Of a DNA stretch of 64,000 nucleotides, positions 19,937-29,079 are shown piece by piece. The DNA comes from an uncultured delta proteobacterium (GTDB lineage Bacteria; Desulfobacterota; Syntrophobacteria; Syntrophobacterales; Syntrophobacteraceae). The notes beneath the pieces were generated by a model. The model was not told the DNA's origin, ran no database searches, and saw only the letters and a program-made list of their open reading frames with translations. Every line of letters begins with the position of its first letter. The first letter of the stretch is position 1. The translations under genes were made by a program, and so were the position numbers. The stretch covers positions 18,169 through 82,168 of the forward strand of contig CAWEHK010000031.1 of assembly GCA_963808625.1 (NCBI GenBank), written 5' to 3'.

Positions 19937-20957
19937 CTAACTCATGCGCGCAGGTACCTGCCCAGTCTGATTGATGGCCGAGAGCTTCCATTGGGACGCA
20001 CCGAGGTCCCGGCAGAAGGTCCAGAATTCCTGGAACTTCACGGGATTCAATTTATCTCCCTCGACAACCTGGCCGGTCTTTTCATCCAGCGTGTAGTCGA
20101 GGAGGTTCGCCGTGAACAGTACCGTGATATATTCCTTCCCGGTTTCCTGCCACATTTCGGAGGGTTCGACTTTCCGAATGGCAATGTTCTCGAGACGATT
20201 GATTATGCCCTTGCTCTTCATCGCCTCGAATTCGGTTCTGAAAAATGCGGCCATCTCGCTCGTAACGATCGCTTCGATCCCTTCCACGCTACGATTCATC
20301 CAGGCCGCCTGCACTTTGAAGAAGAGATCCTGGAAGGTCTCTTTGAGGGCCTCTTCGCTGAAGCCGGGGTCGGCCTGCCGCATCTGCCGAAAGCCCTGTG
20401 CAACTTCCGAAACAGCGGGATAGCTGTCTTGCTGGGAGTCGCGGTATAAGGCAGACGGTCCGGAAGAGCTCCCCTCATCCTGATAACGGGCCTGGCTGTA
20501 GCTTCCGGAGGCAGCGGCCTGCTGGGCCCGCCGCCTTCTTGAAAAACCGGTAGGCAAAGTAGAGCAGCAGCCCGATGAGGGCGAAATCGAGAAGCCCCAT
20601 GCCTCCTCCCGTCATTCCACCGGGCGATGCGTGGCCGGTGCCGCCAAAGAGAAGACTCCCGAGCAGCCCGCCAGCGAGCCCTCCCGCCAGTCCCTGCATT
20701 AAGGGACTGCCGCTGAAGAACCCACCTGACGGCTGGCCGGGAGTCCCGAGGGACGGGTTTCTCCCCGGTGTGCTAAGGCCGGGGGAACCCGTGGACGGAC
20801 TCGACGGCGCGCTCGGAGCCGAAAAACTGCGGCCTCCGCGGCTTCCCGACGAACCTCCGCCACCCGCTCTCGCCCAGGCGCTCGATTCCACAAATGTTGA
20901 AACGGCAAAAAAGAACAGGGCCAGGACTGCCAGCCCGGCAATCAATTTTTTTCTCAT
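19937..20957 (-). CDS. Tim44-domain membrane protein (signal peptide, Gly/Ser-rich linker, TM segments, Tim44 domain); frameshift near 20540
   Basis: AWARAGGGGSSGSRGGRSFS, GLAGGLAGGLLGSLLFG, FFKVQAAW, ITVLFTANLLDY, FQEFWTF, WKLSAINQ. Confidence 0.85.
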
Positions 20958-21017
20958 GTTAAATGCTCCTCCTTATCGAGTGGAACCTCGCCAAACAACC
21001 CCTTCCGCGGTGCTTGA

Positions 21018-21302
21018 CTAGTCGAAGTCGAAAACCTCCTGAAGGAATGATTTTCGTTTGTGCTTCTGATGCCCAGAATGCCTCGGGTCGTATTCCCGGG
21101 GGTGCGCGGGGGGAGCCTGACGGGGATGGGGCTCACGGTATTCGCCTCCGTAACTCTGAGGAGGAGGGGCAGCGGATCTCTCAATCATCTTATCAAGCTC
21201 GCCCCGGTCGAGCCAGACGCCTCTGCACTTGGGGCAATAGTCAATCTCTATTCCCTGTCTGTCTGCGATCATCAGGTCAACACTACATAATGGACATTTC
21301 AT
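21018..21302 (-). CDS. zf-TFIIB zinc-ribbon domain protein
   Basis: MKCPLC..RQGIEIDYCPKCRGVWLDRGELDK..KRKSFLQEVFDFD. Confidence 0.9.
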   Translation of the reverse strand: MKCPLCSVDLMIADRQGIEIDYCPKCRGVWLDRGELDKMIERSAAPPPQSYGGEYREPHPRQAPPAHPREYDPRHSGHQKHKRKSFLQEVFDFD

Positions 21303-21394
21303 TGTTCTTCCTCTCCATGTTGGTTGTTTAACAGGCATCCTCTCACGCCCCGACCGGTGGTTGCCATTGGAACCATGCGTTTTACCGGAGTCAT
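21299..21394 (-). CDS. Candidate 31-aa small protein, first ORF after the riboswitch
   Basis: SD AGGAAAGGAG; MTPVKRMVPMATTGRGVRGCLLNNQHGEEEQ; its TGA overlaps the zf-TFIIB ATG (ATGA). Confidence 0.45.
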   Translation of the reverse strand: MTPVKRMVPMATTGRGVRGCLLNNQHGEEEQ

Positions 21395-21455
21395 GGTCTC
21401 CTTTCCTGGAACCGTTGTGATCCCACGCAACGCCCTTGCCGCCTCGCTCCTCGGC

Positions 21456-21502
21456 AAAAAAAAACGAGACCTTCGGCGTGTTTTACCACCCCAAAAGTCT
21501 CG
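21456..21502 (-). terminator. Intrinsic terminator, expression platform of the riboswitch
   Basis: Minus strand CGAGACTTTTGG..CCGAAGGTCTCG followed by T9; the 5' arm is the aptamer 3' strand. Confidence 0.8.
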
Positions 21503-21588
21503 CTAATTGGCATAACCCAACGGCAAAGCCAGGTGTGTTTGCATGGCACCGTATTGGTGACTTTGCCCTAAGTAGCTACTCCCTCTTG
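21491..21588 (-). ncRNA. yybP-ykoY (Mn2+-sensing) riboswitch aptamer
   Basis: Minus strand CAAGAGGGAGTAGCTA..GGCAAAGTCACCAATACGGTG..CACCTGGCTTTGCC..TAGCGAGACTTTTG has the GGGAGUAGC / AGCGAGAC hallmarks. Confidence 0.85.
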
Positions 21589-21659
21589 TTGGGATGAATT
21601 GTAACCACGTTCCCGCTGATGTCAACCGTGAACGGAAATGCCTCCCGCGCCCGTCCCGA

Positions 21660-21938
21660 TCAAAAGGGTGGACACGCCCAATTCGACGGGAGACGAACCG
21701 GCAGCACGCCCGGGAACCGGCTGATGATTTCGAGCAGGTCTTGGATCTTATTTTGGATGTCGAGGAGGGCGAGCATGCGCAGGGTCGAAGGCAGGGTGCC
21801 ATGCGAAAAAACGTGACGCTGAACTACGTATTCGCCCGCTTCCGGATGGCAGGGATGATAGCAGTAAACCAGTCCTTCGGCGACGAGACTGATCAGCAGA
21901 CAGATCAGCGCACAGGTAAAACCTTCCGGGATCTTCAT
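21660..21938 (-). CDS. Hypothetical protein
   Basis: 92-aa ORF with a hydrophobic N-terminus; no recognisable family. Confidence 0.3.
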   Translation of the reverse strand: MKIPEGFTCALICLLISLVAEGLVYCYHPCHPEAGEYVVQRHVFSHGTLPSTLRMLALLDIQNKIQDLLEIISRFPGVLPVRLPSNWACPPF

Positions 21939-22342
21939 TAATATTCTATATTGGTTAAGGTTAAAGATCTGGAGCGGCAGTTTGCGGCGACCTTGATAAA
22001 ATCGTGCCTAAGAGGCGCTCCTACGGAAAGGTAGTGGCGGCCCTGGCAAAGTGCAGGATTTCTGCCTTGATCGGTATAGAATGAACGCAATGGGGGGGTA
22101 AGCAGGGGGCTACGCCCCGGCAGGCTTAAAAGCCTGCCTCGCGAGATGCATGGAATGGAGGGATATGGGCTGGGGGCTTATCCATATAAAAAAGGCGCCC
22201 CGGAGAGCCGAATCCTCTTTTCTGATGCGCCGGCGCTCGTTAGTATAAAAGACTCAAGGATCATCACAGGATATGTGACGTCGCATTTACATTTTGTTCA
22301 CGTCAAACCCCTTTTTATTACAGTGGAGAAGAGGACCGGCAA

Positions 22343-22687
22343 ATGACAGAAAGCAAAACCCCAACGAAACCCATCGTGCTGAACGAGGTAAACTTTGACA
22401 AGGTCCTGGCGGAAACCGAACTCCCGGTAGTCTTCGAGTTCTGGGCTTCCTGGTGCCATCACTGCACCGCTCTTTCATCCATAATCGATGAGGTTGCCGA
22501 GGAAATGGGAGGTGAAGTCCTCATCGGCCAGATTAATTGCGACTTGAACCGGGATCTGTGCAAGCGGTATGACGTGAAAGCAGTCCCCACGCTCTTCCTG
22601 GCAAAGCAGGGCAAGGTGGTGGGCACAACGGTCAATCCCAAGGAAAAAGAAACGCTGGTCTCCTGGATAAAAGGCATGCTAGCCTAG
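22343..22687 (+). CDS. Thioredoxin family protein (WCHHC active site)
   Basis: [30 protein letters not shown]. Confidence 0.9.
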   Translation: MTESKTPTKPIVLNEVNFDKVLAETELPVVFEFWASWCHHCTALSSIIDEVAEEMGGEVLIGQINCDLNRDLCKRYDVKAVPTLFLAKQGKVVGTTVNPKEKETLVSWIKGMLA

Positions 22688-22710
22688 CTGCTTGGTCAGC
22701 TGCTGGTATA

Positions 22711-22878
22711 ATGGTTTCGACGGAAGAAGAAGCGGTCAGGTTTTTGCTCATCTCGGGGAAGCCGATCAATGAACCGGTTGCGTGGTACGGCCCTATTGTG
22801 ATGAATACAAAAGAAGAATTGCGCATCGCTTTTGACGAATACCACAATGGCACGTTTATCAAACATCATAAATCTTAG
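22711..22878 (+). pseudogene. Pirin C-terminal fragment
   Basis: [35 protein letters not shown]. Confidence 0.75.
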
Positions 22879-23009
22879 AGCGTGTCCAAAAAGTTCTCCC
22901 GAGTCACATTGCGTCATTCCGGCGAAAGCCGGAATCCAGGTCTTTTAAGACTTTCTGGACCCCGGCTTTCGCCGGGGTGACGGGATAGAAGGGCTTTTTA
23001 GAAACCTTC
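22878..23009 (+). mobile_element. MITE (132 bp) with IS5-like TIRs and REP-like double hairpin
   Basis: Left GAGCGTGTCCAAAAAG (15/16 to the IS5 TIR), right CTTTTTAGAAACCTTC (13/16); TTA duplicated on both sides. Confidence 0.8.
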
Positions 23010-23046
23010 TTAGAATGAAGAAAGGCCTCACGCGGGTTTGCAAGAA

Positions 23047-23760
23047 ATGGCTTTACGAGGAATCAGCGTATGCATATTCGATGTCAATGGCGTTTTGATT
23101 GATTCAAACCTGGCTAATGCTCAGGCCATGGCGCAGGGTTTTACCGATGATCCCGGAATGCAGGAGAGAATCATTCAATTATACCTCAAGCTCACGGGCA
23201 TCGACCGTGGACAGAAAATCCGGATCATTCAAGATCAGATCGTCGGCCGCCCGTTCAAGGAAGGCGAATTTGAACGGCGTTGGGAGAGGTTCAAGGGCCT
23301 GGGCCGATGGTCCATGCTCAAGGCTCCGTTGACGGAGGGATGCAGTGAGGTGCTGGCGGCGATCGGGAAGCGCAGGATCACCCGAGCCGCCCTTTCCAAC
23401 ACGCCAGCCAGTGAGTTGCAGGAAACGCTCGAGGCCCATCACCTGGGACCCCTTCTGGACCTGGCTCGTGGCGGCGGTGACTGGCCGAAATCGGAATCGC
23501 TCAAGCAGCTCCTGAAGGAGTTCCAGTTTGCCCCGATCCAATGCCTCTTTTTCGGCGACGGAAAGGGTGACCTGGCAGCAGCCAGACAGGCCGGTGTGCC
23601 CTTTGTTGCCATTGATTCGGGAACCGGGCAATTCGACACCGAAGAGGGCTTCGCGGGCCCTTACGGGTCCCTTGCGGAATGGGGCCGGGAGGTGTTGGGC
23701 ATGGATCTCGTTTTGAGAGTCTGTCAGCCCGGGGGACGGTCCAAAACAGCCGGGCAGTGA
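23047..23760 (+). CDS. HAD-superfamily hydrolase
   Basis: IFDVNGVLIDS, LSN, FFGDGKGDLAAA motifs. Confidence 0.85.
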   Translation: MALRGISVCIFDVNGVLIDSNLANAQAMAQGFTDDPGMQERIIQLYLKLTGIDRGQKIRIIQDQIVGRPFKEGEFERRWERFKGLGRWSMLKAPLTEGCSEVLAAIGKRRITRAALSNTPASELQETLEAHHLGPLLDLARGGGDWPKSESLKQLLKEFQFAPIQCLFFGDGKGDLAAARQAGVPFVAIDSGTGQFDTEEGFAGPYGSLAEWGREVLGMDLVLRVCQPGGRSKTAGQ

Positions 23761-23891
23761 CCCACTTTGTGCTGCAGGTTCGAATGCCGTCCCCTCCCGG
23801 TGGTCGTTTTCCGATCATCATCTCGAAATGTTTGTAACTACCGCTTCCTTTCACCTTGATAAAGGCTGTCTTCTCTGCAGGAGGATAACAC

Positions 23892-24317
23892 ATGAAACCA
23901 CAGCTCCTTGCCCTCGTTACCGCCATTGCCTGGGGCGTGGGCGGCTATTTTGAAAAGAAGGGTCTGCACATGGGCCACCTTTCTCCCCAAGTAGGGATCA
24001 CTATCCGAACCGCTGTGGCCCTCCTGATCCTGGCCTGCGTCAGTTTCCCGGAGTGGCGGTCCGTAGCGCAGGCAGGCTCGAAGTCGCTCCTCTACATGGT
24101 TATCGGCGGAGGCGTGGTAGCGGGCTCGGTTGGGATGCTCTGCTTCTACGCTGCGATCAAAGGGGCGCCGCTCAGTCGGGTTATGCCCATTGCCTTTACG
24201 TCACCACTCTTCGGTGCTGCGATGGGTATAATTTATGGCGGAGAACCTTTGACGCTGAAGACCGTCCTGGGTATGGCACTAACGGTCGGCGGCATCGTTC
24301 TTCTTACCATCGGGTAG
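23892..24317 (+). CDS. EamA/DMT-family small transporter
   Basis: Hydrophobic 141 aa; AWGVGGYFEK, VMPIAFTSPL, GEPLTLK. Confidence 0.85.
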   Translation: MKPQLLALVTAIAWGVGGYFEKKGLHMGHLSPQVGITIRTAVALLILACVSFPEWRSVAQAGSKSLLYMVIGGGVVAGSVGMLCFYAAIKGAPLSRVMPIAFTSPLFGAAMGIIYGGEPLTLKTVLGMALTVGGIVLLTIG

Positions 24318-24394
24318 AGAATCCTCCGCTCCCGTCCTCACCGCTTCACCGCGTCCCTCCAGAATTATGGCCGCCCGCATCAACATATTGACAG

Positions 24395-24722
24395 GGTTAC
24401 GCTGGTTGCCGACATGCCCGGCGTGGGCCCCGAAAACGTAGCCATCGACGTCCACGATAATCACTTGACGCTTCGCGGGACGGTCACGACGGAGGGAGAA
24501 AAGGAACGGGTGCTCCTTCAGGAATACGGCGTCGGCGACTATTTCCGCGAATTCACGCTGGGAAGACTGATCGACCAGTCAAAGATCGAAGCGAGTATGA
24601 AGCATGGGGTTCTCACGTTGACATTGCCCAAAGCGGAAGCAATTAAGCCCCGGAAAATCAGCGTTAAGACGAGTAGTGTCCATCCGGAAACCCCATGTAG
24701 GAGGGGCTTCCAGCCGCGATAG
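24395..24722 (+). pseudogene. Hsp20/alpha-crystallin protein, N-terminally truncated
   Basis: LVADMPGV..LTLRG..YFREFTL..IDQSKIEASMKHGVLTLTLPK; no proper N-terminus. Confidence 0.7.
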
Positions 24723-24740
24723 GCTGGAAGCCCCTCCTAC
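24697..24740. repeat. GTAG-type REP doublet
   Basis: GTAGGAGGGGCTTCCAGCC..GGCTGGAAGCCCCTCCTAC inverted repeat. Confidence 0.75.
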
Positions 24741-24949
24741 AGAACAAGGCGCTACTTTCCGGATGAGAACGAGTAACCCGGGCTCGGCCAAGAATCCCTC
24801 AAAAGAGCCGGTTGGGTTCTTCTCCAACCGGCTCTTTTTATTTTTGCCTGTTTCTTCTATGCTTTAGTGTCTTAAACTGTTAGTCGCGTCAGTGGTTTCG
24901 GAAAGAAAAGGTGCAGGATGAAACCGAATACCATGGAGGGCGAGGCGTC

Positions 24950-26377
24950 ATGGCGATAAGAGTGGTTCTCATCGGAGCGGGGCCGGGGGGATATGGTGCG
25001 GCGATTCGTGCTGCCCAACTGGGGGCGGAGGTCACGGTCATCGAGCGGGACAGCGTAGGAGGGACTTGCCTCAACTGGGGTTGCATTCCTTCCAAAGTCA
25101 TGATCACCACGGCCGAGCTGCTGGATAAGTTTCACCGAGCCGAGGAATTCGGCCTGCGGTTGGACGGTAAAATCTTTCCCGATATGCAGCGACTCATGGC
25201 GCGCAAAGAGAAAGTGATCCAGGATCAAGCCAAAGGGATACTTGACTTGCTCCGTCACCATAAGGTCCGCACCCTCCGGGGTCGGGGCACTGTTGAAAAG
25301 CAAGGATTGATTGCCGCGCACCTGGACGACGGCACAACCCTCGAGGTCTACTGGGACAAACTCATTCTGGCCCCCGGGACCCAGCCCTTCAACTTTTCGG
25401 CATTTCCCTTCGACGGCGAATTCATCCTTTCCAGCAACGACGCGCTTTGCCTTCAGGAGGTCCCCGAGTCCGTCATGATCCTCGGGGGCGGCGTCATTGG
25501 ATGCGAATTCGCCTTTCTCCTGGCGGCCCTCGGGTCCCAGGTCACCCTGGTCGAGGCCATGGACCGCCTCCTTCCCCTCCCCTCAGTCGACGAAGCCTGT
25601 TCCAGGGTAATTGAGCGGGAGATGAAAAAGCGGAAAATCAAGTTCATCGTAAAACGAACTGCAGAGCGCTTCCATCGCGATCATGGCAAACTCAGTGTAA
25701 CCCTTGGCCCATCTCCGCTCCTCCGCGACCCCAAAGCAAAAGAACCCCTGGTCATGGAAGTAGCCAAAGTTTTGGTCGCCATAGGGCGGCAGCCCAACAC
25801 CGCAGACATCGGTCTGGAAAAGCTGGGCGTGAACGTTGACCAGGATGGGTGGATCATCGCCGACGACCGAATGGAAACCAATGTTCCCGGGGTTTATGCC
25901 ATCGGCGATGTGCTCGGGCCGGCAAAAATAATGCTCGCCCACGTGGCGACCGCGGAGGGCCGGGTTGCTGCGGAAAATGCCGCCGGCAAAGGTTGCACCA
26001 TGGACTACAGCGTCGTGCCGGGAGCCATCTTCACCATGCCGGAGGTAGCCAACGTCGGGCTGACGGAAACGCAAGCCAGGGAGCGGGGTTTGGGCGTCCG
26101 CGCTGACACGGTCCTCTTCCGGACCCTGGGAAAACCTCAGGTGCTCGGTGAAATCGCGGGCGAAGCCAAGATTGTCTCGGACGCAGAAACGGGCAGAATT
26201 CTGGGGGTCCATATCGTGGGACCGCATGCCACGGACCTCATCGCCGAAGGGACCCTGGCGGTGAAGATGGGAGTCACGGTGAAGGACCTGGCGGAAACCA
26301 TTCATGCGCATCCAACCCTTGCCGAGGTAATGGTGGAGGCATCGTTCAAAGCCCTGGATAACTCTTTGCACGGGTGA
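24950..26377 (+). CDS. lpdA: Dihydrolipoyl dehydrogenase (GCS L protein)
   Basis: GAGPGGY, GGTCLNWGCIPSK, GGGVIGCE, HAHPTLAE. Confidence 0.96.
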   Translation: MAIRVVLIGAGPGGYGAAIRAAQLGAEVTVIERDSVGGTCLNWGCIPSKVMITTAELLDKFHRAEEFGLRLDGKIFPDMQRLMARKEKVIQDQAKGILDLLRHHKVRTLRGRGTVEKQGLIAAHLDDGTTLEVYWDKLILAPGTQPFNFSAFPFDGEFILSSNDALCLQEVPESVMILGGGVIGCEFAFLLAALGSQVTLVEAMDRLLPLPSVDEACSRVIEREMKKRKIKFIVKRTAERFHRDHGKLSVTLGPSPLLRDPKAKEPLVMEVAKVLVAIGRQPNTADIGLEKLGVNVDQDGWIIADDRMETNVPGVYAIGDVLGPAKIMLAHVATAEGRVAAENAAGKGCTMDYSVVPGAIFTMPEVANVGLTETQARERGLGVRADTVLFRTLGKPQVLGEIAGEAKIVSDAETGRILGVHIVGPHATDLIAEGTLAVKMGVTVKDLAETIHAHPTLAEVMVEASFKALDNSLHG

Positions 26378-26483
26378 TCTCCATCTGCGAATCTTTTTCG
26401 ACGGAAGGTTCTCTTGCCCCTTGCCTGGTAACATGTTACCTTATGGCTACTGAGAGCGATTTCAATTGAAAGGGGTGGATTGA

Positions 26484-26702
26484 ATGGGAACGGCACTCAC
26501 ACCGAGCGAGAAGATGAGACGTTATCGTCACAACATGCGCGTTGCCGGTCTGCGTCCCGTGCAAGTCTGGGTGCCGGATGTCAGGGCGCCCGGATTTATG
26601 GAGGAAGCCAGAGCGCAATCGTTGCGCGTCAGTGTCCATGCCAGCGAACGGGATGCACTGGATTTCATTGAATCCGTGGCGGACCTGGATGGATGGCAAT
26701 GA
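26484..26702 (+). CDS. MazE-like antitoxin (DUF3018 type)
   Basis: MRVAGLRPVQVWVPDVRAPGF..ARAQS; overlaps the toxin start. Confidence 0.85.
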   Translation: MGTALTPSEKMRRYRHNMRVAGLRPVQVWVPDVRAPGFMEEARAQSLRVSVHASERDALDFIESVADLDGWQ

Positions 26703-27024
26703 AGCGCGGCGACGTGGTGTTGGTGATTGCGCCGGGTGATTATGGAAAGTCTCGTCCTGCCGTCGTGGTGCAGTCCGACATTTTCAACGAAACCCATGCA
26801 AGCATTGTGGTCTGTCTCTTGAGCACTGATTTACAGGATGCGCCATTGTTTCGCCTCTCGGTTGAACCAACCGATGAAATGGTCTGCAAGTTACCTCCCA
26901 GATCATGGTGGATAAGATTGTTGCTCTGAAGCGAGACAGAATTAGAGCAAAAATCGGTTCACTGGATGAGGACTCGATGCCCCTTCTTAACCGATCGCTC
27001 ATGTTTTTTTTGGGGCTTCCATAA
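26699..27024 (+). CDS. mazF: PemK/MazF toxin (frameshift near 26880)
   Basis: MKRGDVV..GDYGKSRPAVVVQSD; continues SQIMVDKI..IGSL in another frame. Confidence 0.85.
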
Positions 27025-27212
27025 GCACGCAAATTGGCCTTCACAACGCCTCGATGTTACGGATTCACGGGTACACGGGCAACCCCCACCGCTCGTCTGA
27101 CGGCACAACTTGGTACATATCGGCGATAGTTTGGAGTAACCTATGAGAGAGATTTCGCTCATTTTGTGCAGTATCCCAAGTAATGAGAAGGCATAAAGGA
27201 GGAGGAGAAGCC

Positions 27213-27623
27213 ATGAAGGAGATCAGCGAATTGAGCTTGCCCGAGGATGTCCGTTATACCGAGGATCATGAGTGGGCAAAAAAGCTTGGCGGCGAGAAGT
27301 TCCGGGTGGGCATCACCGACTATGCTCAAGACCAGCTTGGTGACATCGTTTTTGTGGAAGTGCCCGAGGTGGGCTCGACTTTCTCCAAAGGAGAACAATT
27401 CGGGACGTTGGAGTCGGTCAAAGCCGTGGCTGAGGCGTACCTCCCGGTGAGCGGCGAAATCGTTGCCGTGAATGAGGCGCTGGAGGAATCCCCGCAACTG
27501 GTCAATCAAGCACCCTACGAGGAAGGATGGATCGTTGAAGTGACCGCCTCCAACCCCTCTGAGTGGGACGGGCTTATGGCCAGGGATGCTTACCTCGAGA
27601 TGCTGAAAGGCTTGGAAAAATGA
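27213..27623 (+). CDS. gcvH: Glycine cleavage system H protein
   Basis: YTEDHEW, GITDYAQDQLGDIVFV, ESVKA lipoyl motif. Confidence 0.96.
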   Translation: MKEISELSLPEDVRYTEDHEWAKKLGGEKFRVGITDYAQDQLGDIVFVEVPEVGSTFSKGEQFGTLESVKAVAEAYLPVSGEIVAVNEALEESPQLVNQAPYEEGWIVEVTASNPSEWDGLMARDAYLEMLKGLEK

Positions 27624-28951
27624 GATACCTACCGCATACCAGTGAAGATATTGCTGAGATGCTCCAGGTGGTGGGGGCATCCAGCCTCGATGATCTCTTT
27701 GCAACCATTCCCGAAGATTGCCGGCGCAAGACCGATCTCGACCTTCCCGAACCGCTGACGGAGTGGGAATTGAACGACCTGATGGCGGCCCTGGCGAGCA
27801 CGATGGCGGTCTCCCCGGAGTACAAGGTGTTTATGGGAGCAGGCTCCTATGAACACCACATCCCGGCAGCGGTCTCCTATCTTCTTGGCCGCTCCGAATT
27901 TGCCACGGCCTATACTCCCTATCAGCCTGAAATCAGCCAGGGAACCTTGCAGGCAATATTCGAGTACCAGAGCTTCATGGTCACTCTCCTGGGCATGGAT
28001 GTGGCCAATGCCTCCATGTACGACGGGGCTTCGGCGCTGGCGGAAGCGCTGCTCATGGCAACGCGGGCCAGCCGCTTGAAGAAAGTCGCGGTTTCAAGCC
28101 TCGTTCATCCGCTCTACCGGCGGGTGATACGCACCTACCTGGAACCTCCCGGCTATGAGATTATCGAACTGCCGTATCTTGAAAACGGCCGAACCAATCT
28201 GCAAGCCCTGGAAAGCACCGACGATCTGGCGGCTGTTGCCGTGCAGTCTCCCAATTTTTTCGGATGCATCGAGGACCTGGCGGCCGTGGGAAAGCTCACC
28301 CGTGACACCAAGACCCTCTTCATCACGTCCTTCACGGAACCCCTTGCCTACGGACTGCTGAAGGACCCGGGCAGCCAGGGCGCCGACATTGCCTGTGGCG
28401 AAGGTCAAAGCTTCGGTATACCCCAATCTTATGGCGGGCCGGGACTGGGAATACTCGCCTGCCGCAAGGAAACCATGCGCACCATGCCGGGCCGTCTGGT
28501 GGGAAAAACCACGGACCGAAACGGGAAGACCGGATTCGTGCTCACCCTTGCCACCCGTGAGCAGCACATCCGGCGAGAAAAGGCGACTTCCAACATCTGC
28601 ACCAACAGCGGGCTCTGTGCCATAACGGCGGCCATGTACCTGGCCTCTCTGGGCGGGACCGGCCTCCGGGAACTGGCACAGTTGAATCATGACAAGAGCG
28701 AATATTTGAAGCGGGAACTGACCCGGGCAGGGTTCCGCATCCCCTTTGCCAGTCCCACCTTTAATGAATTCGTGGTGCATTTTCCGCCGGGCTTCGAGGC
28801 GACCTACCAGCGGCTACTGGAGCAGAAGATCATCGCCGGCCTTCCCCTGGCACCATACTACCCGGAACTGCGCGACCATTATCTCCTGTGCGTGACGGAA
28901 ACCAAAACCAGGAACGATATGGATGCCCTGTTGTGGCAGTTGGGCGGCTGA
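27620..28951 (+). CDS. gcvPA: Glycine dehydrogenase subunit 1
   Basis: TAYTPYQPEISQG, NASMYDG, TREQHIRREKATSNICTN. Confidence 0.96.
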   Translation: MRYLPHTSEDIAEMLQVVGASSLDDLFATIPEDCRRKTDLDLPEPLTEWELNDLMAALASTMAVSPEYKVFMGAGSYEHHIPAAVSYLLGRSEFATAYTPYQPEISQGTLQAIFEYQSFMVTLLGMDVANASMYDGASALAEALLMATRASRLKKVAVSSLVHPLYRRVIRTYLEPPGYEIIELPYLENGRTNLQALESTDDLAAVAVQSPNFFGCIEDLAAVGKLTRDTKTLFITSFTEPLAYGLLKDPGSQGADIACGEGQSFGIPQSYGGPGLGILACRKETMRTMPGRLVGKTTDRNGKTGFVLTLATREQHIRREKATSNICTNSGLCAITAAMYLASLGGTGLRELAQLNHDKSEYLKRELTRAGFRIPFASPTFNEFVVHFPPGFEATYQRLLEQKIIAGLPLAPYYPELRDHYLLCVTETKTRNDMDALLWQLGG

Positions 28952-29045
28952 AGCGTCACCGATGTGGTGAGTGCTGTGAGTGCTGAGTGATGGGTGCTGA
29001 GTGCTGGGTCTGTTGTGGCAGCTGGGCGGTTGAAGCGTTACCGAT
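28928..29045 (+). repeat. 36-bp direct repeat of the gcvPA 3' end flanking GTGCTGA-type heptamers
   Basis: CTGTTGTGGCAGYTGGGCGGYTGAAGCGTYACCGAT at 28928-28963 and 29010-29045. Confidence 0.8.
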
Positions 29046-29079
29046 AGAAGGGATTGCGAAATCATAGAGAGGTTGGATC

